Part shown: positions 7,996 through 17,628 of the stretch, piece by piece
Numbering within the stretch: position 1 is the stretch's first letter
How the letters are laid out: every line of letters starts with the position of its first letter
Assembly (NCBI GenBank): GCA_039714255.1
Contig: JBDLJQ010000001.1
Location: forward strand, 96,251 to 160,250
Reading direction: 5' to 3'
Length of the DNA stretch: 64,000 nucleotides
Source of the DNA: Acidobacteriota bacterium
Lineage (GTDB): Bacteria > Acidobacteriota > Aminicenantia > UBA2199
Notes under the pieces: generated by a model
Told to the model about the DNA's origin: nothing
Databases searched by the model: none
The model's input: the letters and a program-made list of their open reading frames with translations, nothing else
Program-made: the position numbers and the translations under genes

Positions 7996-9468
7996 ATGAA
8001 AATAAGGACCTTGTTTTTTTTACTCTCAATTTTAATTATTCCTATTGTTTCTGCAACAGGAAATGTAACTTTTAATGAACATTATACCGGCAATACACTG
8101 CGGATCGATTTTTTTCACACGTGGGAAAAAACCTATGAGGCAGTAAAACTGGATGCAGTTTATAAAGAGGGGCCCTGGGCGGGAAACCCGGACAGCCTTC
8201 TGGATCCTTTTGGTTACGGCAGGTATAAGATAAAATTATTCACAAAAGATACTTCACAACTTATATATTCAAAAGGGTATGATTCGTACTTCGGAGAATA
8301 TAAGACAACAAATGATGCCGCTGCAGGAAAAAGGAAAACATTCCATGAGACCGCTCTGTTACCATTCCCAAAGAAACCTGTTACATTTGTTCTTGAACTG
8401 ATGAATAAAAAAGGGGGAACCGAAAAACTTATTTCACTTGATCTGGATCCCTCATCACCTGATATAAAAGAGGCCGAAAAAAAAGATGATAAAACAATTC
8501 TGCCCGTTCACAACACAGGCGATCCCTCGAAAAAAGTTGACCTTGTTATAATAGCTGAGGGTTACAGGGCCGAAGATGAAAACAAACTGAAAAGAGACCT
8601 GGAAAAAGTAAAAAAAACATTCTTCAGCCAGCAGCCATATAAAAAAGAGAAAGATAAATTCAATATTAATTGTGTTTTTAAACCTTCGAAAGATAGCGGG
8701 CCTGATGAACCCAGGCAGAAAATTTTCAGAGATACAGCAATTTCAGCAACCTTTAACTCACTGGGATCCTCCCGGTATCTCCTGACAGAAGATAACAGAT
8801 CGTTGAGAAATATTGCATCAATGGTCCCATATGATGCTATTATTATAATGGTCAATTCAAAAAGATATGGCGGTGGAGGCATATACAATTCTTTCTGCAC
8901 ATTCACATCGGATAACAGACAGACCTCCTACCTGCTCCTCCACGAATTCGGCCATTCCTTTTCAGGGCTGGCAGACGAATATTATTCTTCGTCAGTAGCA
9001 TACAACGACTTTTATCCAAAAGGATCAGAGCCTGTGGAAGCAAATATCACAGCTCTCCTGGACCCGGAAAACCTGAAATGGAAAGATTATGTCACTGAAG
9101 GGATAAAGATCCCCACTCCCTGGGGAAAAACCGAATATGATGAGAAAAGTAAAAAATTCAGAAAAAAAAGGGCGGCTCTGAATAAAAAGATAGAAAAAAT
9201 GTCGAAGAACAACTTTCCGAAATTTGCAATAAAAAAAGTAAAAGCTGAACTGGATGAACTTATTGAAAAGAACAGGAAAGATACAAAAAGTTTTTTCTCT
9301 GATAATAAATTGAAGGACAGTGTCGGAGCATTTGAGGGGGCGGGATACTCATCCGAAGGGTTGTACAGGCCGATGCTGGACTGTATCATGTTCTCCATCG
9401 GACAGAAACCTTATTGCAGGGTTTGTGAAAAAGCTGTATCAGATATGATAAACTACTACACCCGCTAG
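7996..9468 (+). CDS. Secreted zinc metallopeptidase, M64 (IgA-protease-like) family
   Basis: Signal peptide and the HEFGHSFSGLADEY zincin motif. The overall architecture resembles the peptidase M64 N-terminal and catalytic domains. Confidence 0.6.
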   Translation: MKIRTLFFLLSILIIPIVSATGNVTFNEHYTGNTLRIDFFHTWEKTYEAVKLDAVYKEGPWAGNPDSLLDPFGYGRYKIKLFTKDTSQLIYSKGYDSYFGEYKTTNDAAAGKRKTFHETALLPFPKKPVTFVLELMNKKGGTEKLISLDLDPSSPDIKEAEKKDDKTILPVHNTGDPSKKVDLVIIAEGYRAEDENKLKRDLEKVKKTFFSQQPYKKEKDKFNINCVFKPSKDSGPDEPRQKIFRDTAISATFNSLGSSRYLLTEDNRSLRNIASMVPYDAIIIMVNSKRYGGGGIYNSFCTFTSDNRQTSYLLLHEFGHSFSGLADEYYSSSVAYNDFYPKGSEPVEANITALLDPENLKWKDYVTEGIKIPTPWGKTEYDEKSKKFRKKRAALNKKIEKMSKNNFPKFAIKKVKAELDELIEKNRKDTKSFFSDNKLKDSVGAFEGAGYSSEGLYRPMLDCIMFSIGQKPYCRVCEKAVSDMINYYTR

Positions 9469-9589
9469 AACAGGTCATATTATCCATTTTTCCTCCTGGA
9501 AAGTGATTTAGAAAAGTTACCCCGATCCGGTCTCTGACCCCTCCCCTTAAACATATTCTTCTTTCAGCTTAATTCTCAGGCAGGCTTAT

Positions 9590-10573
9590 TTGTATGATAC
9601 AATTGTACCTTTTAGATCAAAAACAGGATCAGGAATGTTGAAAATAACAAAAAAATCGTGGATATTTTATGCATTTGCTACATTTTTCCTTTTCGGTATA
9701 ACAAATTTTGCCCTTGGATATATCGGAGAGATAACCGGAAAAAACATTAACTCTTCCGTTTCATCAATAATTGTTCTCTGGATCGGAATGGGGACTCTCG
9801 GGATAATGGCTCCTCCATTTTTAAAAAAGATCAAAAGTAGCATTAAAAAGAACCATCATTGTAATTTTTCCATTTTCGGGATAATCTCGGGTTTAACCCT
9901 TGCTCTGGGCATGCTGACATTAAAGATAGGTTTTGTTGCCGACCCGTTCTCCAAGGGGCCCATCGTCTCAATAGTTTCTGCCAACGCTATGCTTGTTGCC
10001 ATTTTAGCCTGGATCATTCTCCGTGAAAAACTGAACAGATTTCAATTGTGGGGAATGACAATAATTATTACAGGAATCACATTGATCGCATCAGGAGGCA
10101 ACTCTATAGCAAGCTTCAGAGGAATTCTTTTCGGAATAGCAACAATGTTTCTTTTCGGGGCAACAAATTTTTTATTAAAATATTCAGGAGAAAAAGGTGC
10201 TGATTCCATCAATATGTCTGTGGTCCTCTGGCGTTCAGCCGGAACTTTCGGCCTTCTGACTTTAGCGTTAAGTTTACTGACAGGAAGAGGTTTAAGCGGC
10301 CTTGATAATTCTACTGCAATTTTAATATCTTTTTTTGCAGGTTTTGCCCTGGGGCTGGGGATGCTGACATTAAAACTTGCAATGACAAAGGGCCCTGCAG
10401 GCCCTGCCATTGCTTTAGCAGGAAGCAATGCATTAATGGTAACTATACTTGACCTGGCCGCATTCGGGTATATACCTTCGGTTTTAAAGATCATTGGAAT
10501 GATAACAGCCATATTGGGAATAATTATAATTGCCACTGCCAAGCCATCAAAGGTATCGGTTGTGCCAAAATAA
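9590..10573 (+). CDS. DMT-superfamily (EamA-like) transporter with an internal duplication
   Basis: About 10 TM helices in two homologous halves (LALGMLTLKIGF... / LGLGMLTLKLAM...). The start may be a downstream Met. Confidence 0.55.
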   Translation: MYDTIVPFRSKTGSGMLKITKKSWIFYAFATFFLFGITNFALGYIGEITGKNINSSVSSIIVLWIGMGTLGIMAPPFLKKIKSSIKKNHHCNFSIFGIISGLTLALGMLTLKIGFVADPFSKGPIVSIVSANAMLVAILAWIILREKLNRFQLWGMTIIITGITLIASGGNSIASFRGILFGIATMFLFGATNFLLKYSGEKGADSINMSVVLWRSAGTFGLLTLALSLLTGRGLSGLDNSTAILISFFAGFALGLGMLTLKLAMTKGPAGPAIALAGSNALMVTILDLAAFGYIPSVLKIIGMITAILGIIIIATAKPSKVSVVPK

Positions 10574-10765
10574 ACTTAAACTTATACAATACAGATCATA
10601 ATATTATTATCTGGATATATTCATTCAAAAAATTATAATTCATAAAAATGTTTTTTCTCTTACCACTAGCCTCTAGCCCCTCGCCCATTTCTAATTTATT
10701 TTTTTTACAGAACATTTTTCCGATCTATACGTTAGCTTAAGTGAAATCATTTTCACAAGGAGCTA

Positions 10766-11482
10766 ATGATGAATTTTAAAAAGATCTTATTGTTTATAAC
10801 AATTATTACTTTATCTGTATTTTTATCCTTCGGATCGGTTAACAAATCCATCTCAACCACGAAAGGGGAAAAAATTGGAAAATCTCTCAGTTCCGTGAAT
10901 GGAAGCATCACGGTCAGCCGGAATTGTAAAGTGAAGGGGAGAGTCGCCAATGTAAACGGAAGTATCCGTATAGAAGAAAATTGTGTGATAGGAAGTACTG
11001 TCAAAAATGTGAACGGCAGTATTAAAATTTATGAAGGTTGTAATACAGGTAACATTTCCAGTGTTAACGGAAGCATTAAAGTTGGAAAGAAAACAAATGT
11101 GGAAGGCGATATTGATTCGGTGAACGGATCTGTTTCATGTTATGAAGGAGTTGTTGTAACTGAAGATATTGAAACGGTAAACGGATCTTTTAAATTATCC
11201 GGAACCGAAGTAAAAGGCGGACTGGAAACCACCAACGGCAGGATCACTCTGAAAGATAGAAGTGTTATAAAAAAGGATATTATTATAAAGAAAAGTAAAG
11301 GTGGCTTTCTGCATAAATTCTTTGGAAGTAAAAAAAAGAGACTTGAGATAACATTAAAAGGGAAATCTGTTGTGGAGGGAGATATTATCAACAAAGATGA
11401 CGACCGCCCGGTTATCCTCTATCTTGAAAAAGGTTCAGTAATCAAGGGAAAAGTAATTAATGTAAAGATCGAAAAGATCTGA
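10766..11482 (+). CDS. Secreted beta-solenoid repeat protein (DUF4097/DUF2807-like 'VNGSI' repeats)
   Basis: Signal peptide, then at least 8 tandem ~19-aa repeats centred on VNGSI(K/R)(I/V), which are also visible as gtgaacgga... repeats in the DNA. A Lys-rich C-terminus follows. Confidence 0.5.
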   Translation: MMNFKKILLFITIITLSVFLSFGSVNKSISTTKGEKIGKSLSSVNGSITVSRNCKVKGRVANVNGSIRIEENCVIGSTVKNVNGSIKIYEGCNTGNISSVNGSIKVGKKTNVEGDIDSVNGSVSCYEGVVVTEDIETVNGSFKLSGTEVKGGLETTNGRITLKDRSVIKKDIIIKKSKGGFLHKFFGSKKKRLEITLKGKSVVEGDIINKDDDRPVILYLEKGSVIKGKVINVKIEKI

Positions 11483-11494
11483 ATACAACCATTC

Positions 11495-11615
11495 AGCTAT
11501 CAGCCTCGGTACGGATGTTATCATCCGCTTAACGCTGCTGGCTGCGGAGCGATCGGCATTCGAGTCGCTCCTGTAGTGCACGTGAGTGTGGATGGATGGC
11601 TACCCCTGATATTAA
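11495..11615 (+). ncRNA. G+C-rich, highly structured intergenic element of unknown function (putative sRNA or cis-regulatory RNA)
   Basis: About 120 nt, markedly G+C-rich against AT-rich flanks. It has nested hairpins cggatg-ttat-catccg and ggagcga-N12-tcgctcc, and a closing helix cagcc...ggctg. It lies between the repeat-protein stop (11482) and the tsaC start (11664). The strand is not determined. Confidence 0.3.
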
Positions 11616-11663
11616 GTTTTATCCTTTGTTTGATTTACATTTGAATTAAAGTATAATTATCCA

Positions 11664-12281
11664 ATGTCTGTTGAAATACAACATGTGGATATGACCAACC
11701 CGCACAGAAAGCAGTTTATCCATGCTGCAAAGATTCTAAAAAGAGGCGGGATAATAGTTTATCCTACAGACACAATCTACGGGCTTGCATGTGATGTTCT
11801 GAACAAAAAAGCAGTAGCCTCAATATTCAAGATCAAAAAAGCAGATAAGAACAAATTATTAAGCTTTATCTTTGCTGACCTGAACAAAGTTGCAGACTGG
11901 GCTCACATTCCCAATCATGCTTTCAGGATAATGAAGAGGATCCTTCCCGGAAAATATACCCTGGTACTTCCTGCATCCAAAAGTGTCCCTAAATCCCTTA
12001 TAGAAAAACGGAGGACCATTGGAGTAAGGGTCCCTGACTGTGAGGCAGCAAGAAATCTTGTTGAAGAACTCGGAAGGCCTCTGTTAAGCACAAGTGTACC
12101 CAAAGGCAGTGATGATTATTATACTGATCCGGAGGAAATTGCTAAAAATTTTAAAAATGATATTGACCTGATACTTGACGGAGGTATAATTCCGAATATT
12201 CCATCTACTGTTATCGATTTCACTGTTGAACCTCCCGAAATAATAAGGGAAGGGGCCGGTGAAACTGAATCTCTTTTCTGA
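11664..12281 (+). CDS. tsaC: L-threonylcarbamoyladenylate synthase (YrdC/Sua5 family)
   Basis: YPTDTIYGLACD and a YrdC-like fold. 205 aa. Confidence 0.8.
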   Translation: MSVEIQHVDMTNPHRKQFIHAAKILKRGGIIVYPTDTIYGLACDVLNKKAVASIFKIKKADKNKLLSFIFADLNKVADWAHIPNHAFRIMKRILPGKYTLVLPASKSVPKSLIEKRRTIGVRVPDCEAARNLVEELGRPLLSTSVPKGSDDYYTDPEEIAKNFKNDIDLILDGGIIPNIPSTVIDFTVEPPEIIREGAGETESLF

Positions 12282-12324
12282 TACGTTACTTGAAAAAAAG
12301 ACTTCACGATGATAAAAGGTAATC

Positions 12325-12597
12325 ATGAAAAATGCCCTTAAAAAATATCTGAAAAAAAAGATCGTAGTGGACACAAGTTCATCCTGGATCTATATAGGGA
12401 ACCTGAAAAATATTGGTGAAAATTCGATAGAATTAACAGATGTTGATGTCCATGACAGCAAGGATACAACAACAACAAAGGAGATATACCTTGTTCGCTC
12501 TAAGGAGACCGGTATAAAGAGCAACAGAGAAAATGTTTTTATCAACCTGGATTATATTGTAAGTTTTTCACCTTTTGATAAAGTTAAACAATTCTGA
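12325..12597 (+). CDS. Small hypothetical protein (90 aa), possibly with a beta-barrel or Sm-like fold
   Basis: ORF with aggtaa RBS-like sequence upstream. No recognised motif. Sits 3 nt upstream of the CULT-domain gene. Confidence 0.35.
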   Translation: MKNALKKYLKKKIVVDTSSSWIYIGNLKNIGENSIELTDVDVHDSKDTTTTKEIYLVRSKETGIKSNRENVFINLDYIVSFSPFDKVKQF

Positions 12598-12600
12598 ACA

Positions 12601-13011
12601 ATGGAATATCCCTTTCTTTTGAGATCTTCTGAAAAAAGTAAAAAGGCCCATGAAGGTAAGCCGGAAACTTCCGACAGGACAAAAACATCCAGGGAAAGAT
12701 ATTATCTATGTGTTTCGTGTTTTAACAGGATAACCACCGACAGGTTCAGGTCAGAGGTCATGGGTTCTTTTTCTCACAACTTTACAAATCCTGCCGGGAT
12801 CAATTTTGATATTATCTGTTTTTCTACAGCAAAAGGATGTAATATGACAGGTATACCGTCCATGGAATTCACATGGTTCCCGGGATATTCATGGTGTTAT
12901 GCTTATTGCAATTCCTGTAAAACCCACCTGGGATGGTTTTACAGATCCCCTGAGGATTCATTTTTTGGACTTATAAAAAACAGATTAAGATCAGATACAA
13001 TTGCACACTGA
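12601..13011 (+). CDS. Bacterial cereblon-like CULT-domain protein (beta-tent fold)
   Basis: CVSC ... FTWFPGYSWCYAYCNSCKTHLGWFY ... FFGL aligns with the human cereblon thalidomide-binding domain ([22 protein letters not shown] ... FWGL). Both CxxC pairs and the Trp cage residues are present. Confidence 0.65.
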   Translation: MEYPFLLRSSEKSKKAHEGKPETSDRTKTSRERYYLCVSCFNRITTDRFRSEVMGSFSHNFTNPAGINFDIICFSTAKGCNMTGIPSMEFTWFPGYSWCYAYCNSCKTHLGWFYRSPEDSFFGLIKNRLRSDTIAH

Positions 13012-13022
13012 AAATTTTTTTA

Positions 13023-13814
13023 TCACATGGTGCCACGATACATTCCACCGTCTATAAGGATCGTATCTCCGGTAATATAGGAAGCAAGATCAGAGAGTAG
13101 AAAGGCTGAAAAAGCCCCGAACTCCTCAGGAGATCCGATCTTATTTACAGGTATCGCTTTTTTTAATTCACCTTTAACCTCTTCATAACTTTTCCCTTCT
13201 TTTTTTGCTTTATTATTCAGGATTTGAACAACCCTTCCGGTTTGTATATATCCGGGAGCAATAACATTTGCTGTTATATTAAATTTTCCCACCTGATCTG
13301 ACAGGGTCTTAATATATGATACTACTCCTGCCCTCGAAATATTTGAAAGTGCAAGAGAAGGGATCGGCTGTTTAACTGAGATGGATGTGGATGCAAGTAT
13401 CCTGCCCCATAATTCCCGGCGCATATAGGGGAGAAAAGTTTTTACCAGGTTCACTGTACTGAAAAGATTCAATTTCAATGCATTGTTAAGATCCTCTGTT
13501 GAAAAATCCTCCACTCCACCGGGAGGCGGCCCTCCTGCATTGGCAAAAAGAATATGACAAGTTCCCAGCTTTTTCTCTACTTCCTCTTTCAGTTTTAAAA
13601 GATCACCTTCAATTGTAACATCACAGGAAACAGGAAAAACATTTGCTTTATACTTCACCGAGATCTCTTCAGCCGCCTTTTTTATTTTTTCTCTATTCCG
13701 TGAACATATCACAAGATCGACACCTTCTTCTGCGAGTGATTCTGCCACAGCCCTTCCAAGGCCGCTGCTTGCTGCTGCCACAACACCTTTTTTTCCTTTT
13801 ATTTTCAGGTCCAA
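13023..13814 (-). CDS. Short-chain dehydrogenase/reductase (SDR) family oxidoreductase
   Basis: N-terminal GxxxGxG-like motif (VVAAASSGLGRAVA) and an SDR fold. 263 aa. Confidence 0.75.
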   Translation of the reverse strand: MDLKIKGKKGVVAAASSGLGRAVAESLAEEGVDLVICSRNREKIKKAAEEISVKYKANVFPVSCDVTIEGDLLKLKEEVEKKLGTCHILFANAGGPPPGGVEDFSTEDLNNALKLNLFSTVNLVKTFLPYMRRELWGRILASTSISVKQPIPSLALSNISRAGVVSYIKTLSDQVGKFNITANVIAPGYIQTGRVVQILNNKAKKEGKSYEEVKGELKKAIPVNKIGSPEEFGAFSAFLLSDLASYITGDTILIDGGMYRGTM

Positions 13815-13838
13815 AATTTACCTCCCTCAAATTATTTA

Positions 13839-15071
13839 CTACTGTTTTTTATATTTTTCTTTTTCTCTCCAGATATAGATCTGATCACCTTTTCTGACCC
13901 TGAACGGAGTTTTTAATCCGGCCAGTTCTCCTTTCACAACAGAATTTATAACTTTGTGTTCCTGCTGAAGTTCCTCCACTTTCATAAACTCTGCCGGAGT
14001 ATTCCGCCCTGTAATAAAAAGCTCATCTCCCACCGAAATCTTACCGCTTCTCATTAAGATCTCCGCAACATTTATTTTATTATAAAACTTAATGACCTCT
14101 CCGGCAAATATTTTTTCATACCGGTGTTGTAATTTTCTGCTTATCCACTCAGAAGGTTCTCCAAAATAAAAACCTTCTGAAAAACCTCTGTTGTATACAC
14201 GGGAAAGTTTTTCCATCAATTCCTGTTTTTTCTCTTTATCAAGTTTATTTTCAAAATGGAGATCGATCGCCTCTCTGTATGAAGAGACCACTACTTTAAC
14301 ATATTCCAGTGAGCGCATCCTCCCCTCTATCTTGAAGGAGTGTATCCCGGCATCCACAAGCTCATCAATAAACAATATCGTATTAAGATCTTTAGGGCTG
14401 AGGAGATAATCCTTCCCCACAATATATTCTGCTTCTCCTGATTTATCCCGGATCTCAAACTCTCTTCTGCAAGACTGCCTGCACTCTCCCCTGTTGGCAG
14501 ATTTCCCCCATGATAGAGAAGACAGGAAACACCTCCCGGAAATACTCACACACATTGCACCATGAATAAAAGTTTCTATCTCTACCGGAAGCTCTTCTTC
14601 CCTGATATGTCTGAGAATATCCTCAATATCTTCCAGAGTGGACTCTCTTGAAAGAACAGCCCTTTCAGCTCCCAGAGATGCATAGAATTTTAATGCTTCG
14701 ATATTAGATATACTTGCCTGAGTTGAAATATGAATATTGAGCCCGATCCTTTTAGCGATGGAAAGAACTGCCATATCCCATAAAATAACCGCATCTACTC
14801 CGGCATTTTTTGCTTCTTTTAAAATATTTTCAATTTTTTCCAATTCACTGTTCATTACTACTACATTAAGTGCCAGGAATCCTTTCTTTCCATTTTTGTG
14901 GAGATAGGCCATTACTTTTTTTAACTCCATGGAGTCAAAATTTGAAGCCTTGGCCCTCATGTTAACTCCCCTGACCCCGAAATAGATACTATCAGCACCA
15001 CTTTCAACCGCTGTAATAAGCGAAGGCCAGTCTCCTGCCGGACATACAAGTTCAGGTTTGGTTTTTTTCAT
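13839..15071 (-). CDS. Peptidase U32 family protein (collagenase-like PrtC / RlhA-TrhP family)
   Basis: U32 N-terminal TIM-barrel sequence (ELVCPAGDW...SIYFG) and the conserved cysteine cluster (ECRQSCRREF). Confidence 0.8.
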   Translation of the reverse strand: MKKTKPELVCPAGDWPSLITAVESGADSIYFGVRGVNMRAKASNFDSMELKKVMAYLHKNGKKGFLALNVVVMNSELEKIENILKEAKNAGVDAVILWDMAVLSIAKRIGLNIHISTQASISNIEALKFYASLGAERAVLSRESTLEDIEDILRHIREEELPVEIETFIHGAMCVSISGRCFLSSLSWGKSANRGECRQSCRREFEIRDKSGEAEYIVGKDYLLSPKDLNTILFIDELVDAGIHSFKIEGRMRSLEYVKVVVSSYREAIDLHFENKLDKEKKQELMEKLSRVYNRGFSEGFYFGEPSEWISRKLQHRYEKIFAGEVIKFYNKINVAEILMRSGKISVGDELFITGRNTPAEFMKVEELQQEHKVINSVVKGELAGLKTPFRVRKGDQIYIWREKEKYKKQ

Positions 15072-15221
15072 TTTTAATAAAAGGCTCCCTTTTCCAGATG
15101 ATTTTATTCAAAAACGGCGTTCAAGTCAATAAATACGATATAATTGCCCCCATAAAATTTCAGCTGTTGAAATTAAATATTTTTTTAAATATAATGTTCT
15201 ATATAGTTGTGGGGGCACAGT

Positions 15222-15539
15222 ATGGAAAAAAGAAGAGAGACCAGGCACAGGGTCAGGCAACTGGTAAATGTTTCAGACAAAGTAGGGGTGTTGAATGACA
15301 TCTCAAGAAAAGGGGTAAACATTTCATTGACCTCTCTGCCGAAAGAGAGAAAGATCGACCTTAAATTAAAATTGGACGGAAAAGATATAAAGGTTTCAGC
15401 CATTGTGATGTGGGCAAAAAGAAAACTCAACTACAAAGAACATAATACAATGGGAATGATATTGGTAGATCCACCTCAGGAGTTGATAGAATACTGTATA
15501 TCACTGGATAATAAAGTAATTACCGGTGCTGATTCTTAA
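15222..15539 (+). CDS. PilZ-domain c-di-GMP-binding protein
   Basis: RxxxR (RRETRHR) and D/NxSxxG (DISRKGVNI) motifs. The start is the ATG at 15222; the ORF-track start at 15207 is TTG. Confidence 0.7.
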   Translation: MEKRRETRHRVRQLVNVSDKVGVLNDISRKGVNISLTSLPKERKIDLKLKLDGKDIKVSAIVMWAKRKLNYKEHNTMGMILVDPPQELIEYCISLDNKVITGADS

Positions 15540-17628
15540 CTGATTCCTTCCTCTGTATCTCCCTTATCCGAGTTCTGAGTTTCCTCCACCCCTTTTTATT
15601 CCCGGACATTAAAAGTTTTTCTGCGATATCCTGAAGAATATTGATGTTTTCAACACTATCCTTTACAGCTCCCTTATCCCATATTGTAATAACTTTCAGA
15701 TAAAGATCTCCTGCTTTTGAATAATTTTCTGATAACCTGTAAACCTCAGCAAGCTCATAAACATCATTGGCTGTCTCGAGACTCTCCTTTCCAAACTTTT
15801 TTTCCATAATATTTAGCTTTTGTTTAAACAAGTCCTTTGCATCCTCAAACTTTTTTGTCTCAATATACAGAATCCCAAGTTTCCTCAGAGTTTTATTAAT
15901 AGCAACATCATTGTTTTTGGAATTTAACCTGAAAATATCAATTGCTCTTTTCAGCAATTCTGCAGAGCCATCAAATCTACCGGCTTTTTTTCTGATATCT
16001 GCAAAATGTTCAAGAATCACAATTAAATTAATATTATCTCTGCCAAATGTAGTTTCATATCTTTTTAAAATTCCCTTGAATATGTTTTCTGCTTTTGAAT
16101 ATTCCCCTTTCCATGCAATAAATGTCAGATAATAATTTGTAGTAGTCATAGAGTCCGGGAATGTTTTCAGAGGGAATTTTTTTGTTATCTTAAAAGCTTT
16201 CTCAAAAATTGTTCCCGCTTTTTTCATATAATCCAAAGCTAAAGCAATAACAGGAAGGCCAAACAGAATCTCATGACTTATATTCAAGTTTGGGAAAAAA
16301 AATATTTCTCCGGATAAATAGTAATAATATGAACCGAGATTATTTAAAGAACTCAGGATCTCATAGCTGTTTTCCCCGTATAATTTTTTCCTGTCCTCAA
16401 ATATCCGTAAAAACAACCCTTCAGATCTTTTATATTCCCCTAACTTTTCATAGATGAATGCAAGGGTTGTCACAGCCTCATAATATATGGGGTCACCAGG
16501 TTCTGAAGGTACCGGCTCTATCCTCAATGATCGTTCGATAAACTGCTTCGCTTCACCAAATTTTTTCCACGAAAAATATAATGTTCCGAGTTCTCTTAAT
16601 GTGGAAGCTATACGAGGATCATTTTCACCATACATTTTTTCTTTTTCGCGAAGGACCCTTTTAAAGATCGAATCCGTATATGTATAGATCTTCTGGGCAT
16701 AATAGATCGAAGCCAGATTACTGAGGCTCCGGTACATAACCTCAGGGTTATTATCTGAAGATCTCAGATTTATGTCAATAACCTTTTTCATCAATCCCCT
16801 GGCTTCTGAATATTTTGACCATTTAAAATAAAGTGTTGCAAGGTTATTTAAATTTTTTGCTGTTTCCGGATTGTTGCGGCCGTAAATTTTTTCACTCAAT
16901 TCCAGAGATCTTAACAAAAACTTTTCCGCTCCCTCAAGGTCTCCCTGTGATTGATTTGTAAGCCCAAGGTTGCTTAGGATAAAAACAAGATCTTTTTCAT
17001 CTCCTTTCCCGAGATCAAGATTTAATTGAAGAGCTCTTTTTAATAGTTTTTCAGCCAGGTCAAAATCTCCATTTTTCCTGTGAATATTTCCTAGATATGA
17101 GATACTTCTCAAATATTCCTGATGATTTTTACCAAAAATATTAAATGAGAGTTCAACTCCTTTCTTAAAATATAAAATCGCTGAATTCATATTTTTTTTG
17201 GTTTCATATAAAAAAGCAAGATTTCTGGAATATTTTATTACATTTGCTGATCTTTTCCTTCCGCTTTTCAATTCCAGTTTAAGAGTGTTTTTAAAAAAAA
17301 GTTCTGCATTTTCCAGGTCCTTCATAGCTCTGTATATAACTCCGATATTATTTAAAGAAGTAATATAATTGGGATGGTTTTTACCAAAAGTTTTTTCTGC
17401 ATTTTTCAAAGCTACTTTACCTATCTCAAGAGCTTTCTCATATCTTTTTGCTTTATAAAGTTCCATTACATGGTTATTCTGTACGTTCCAGATATCCTCC
17501 TTTGTACCGTACAAAAAGGCACTTAAGAAAACAAACATGAAAAATACCGGAAAAACTGCCTTTATTCCTTTGTACACTGAAATTGGAGTTTGTTTTGATG
17601 AGATTTTATTCATTTTGCATTTTACCAC
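15520..17628 (-). CDS. Tetratricopeptide-repeat (TPR) protein with an N-terminal signal/TM segment
   Basis: Many tandem 34-aa TPR-like repeats (…NNIGVIYRAMKDLENAELFFKNTLKL…). 702 aa. Confidence 0.75.
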   Translation of the reverse strand: MVKCKMNKISSKQTPISVYKGIKAVFPVFFMFVFLSAFLYGTKEDIWNVQNNHVMELYKAKRYEKALEIGKVALKNAEKTFGKNHPNYITSLNNIGVIYRAMKDLENAELFFKNTLKLELKSGRKRSANVIKYSRNLAFLYETKKNMNSAILYFKKGVELSFNIFGKNHQEYLRSISYLGNIHRKNGDFDLAEKLLKRALQLNLDLGKGDEKDLVFILSNLGLTNQSQGDLEGAEKFLLRSLELSEKIYGRNNPETAKNLNNLATLYFKWSKYSEARGLMKKVIDINLRSSDNNPEVMYRSLSNLASIYYAQKIYTYTDSIFKRVLREKEKMYGENDPRIASTLRELGTLYFSWKKFGEAKQFIERSLRIEPVPSEPGDPIYYEAVTTLAFIYEKLGEYKRSEGLFLRIFEDRKKLYGENSYEILSSLNNLGSYYYYLSGEIFFFPNLNISHEILFGLPVIALALDYMKKAGTIFEKAFKITKKFPLKTFPDSMTTTNYYLTFIAWKGEYSKAENIFKGILKRYETTFGRDNINLIVILEHFADIRKKAGRFDGSAELLKRAIDIFRLNSKNNDVAINKTLRKLGILYIETKKFEDAKDLFKQKLNIMEKKFGKESLETANDVYELAEVYRLSENYSKAGDLYLKVITIWDKGAVKDSVENINILQDIAEKLLMSGNKKGWRKLRTRIREIQRKESVKNQHR

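Noticed and set aside
11495-11615. G+C-rich intergenic element as a tRNA or SRP RNA
   Set aside because: No 7-bp acceptor stem with a 3' discriminator/CCA context could be drawn, the TTCGAG loop is not flanked by a 5-bp T-stem, and the SRP domain IV consensus is absent. Kept only as an unclassified structured element.
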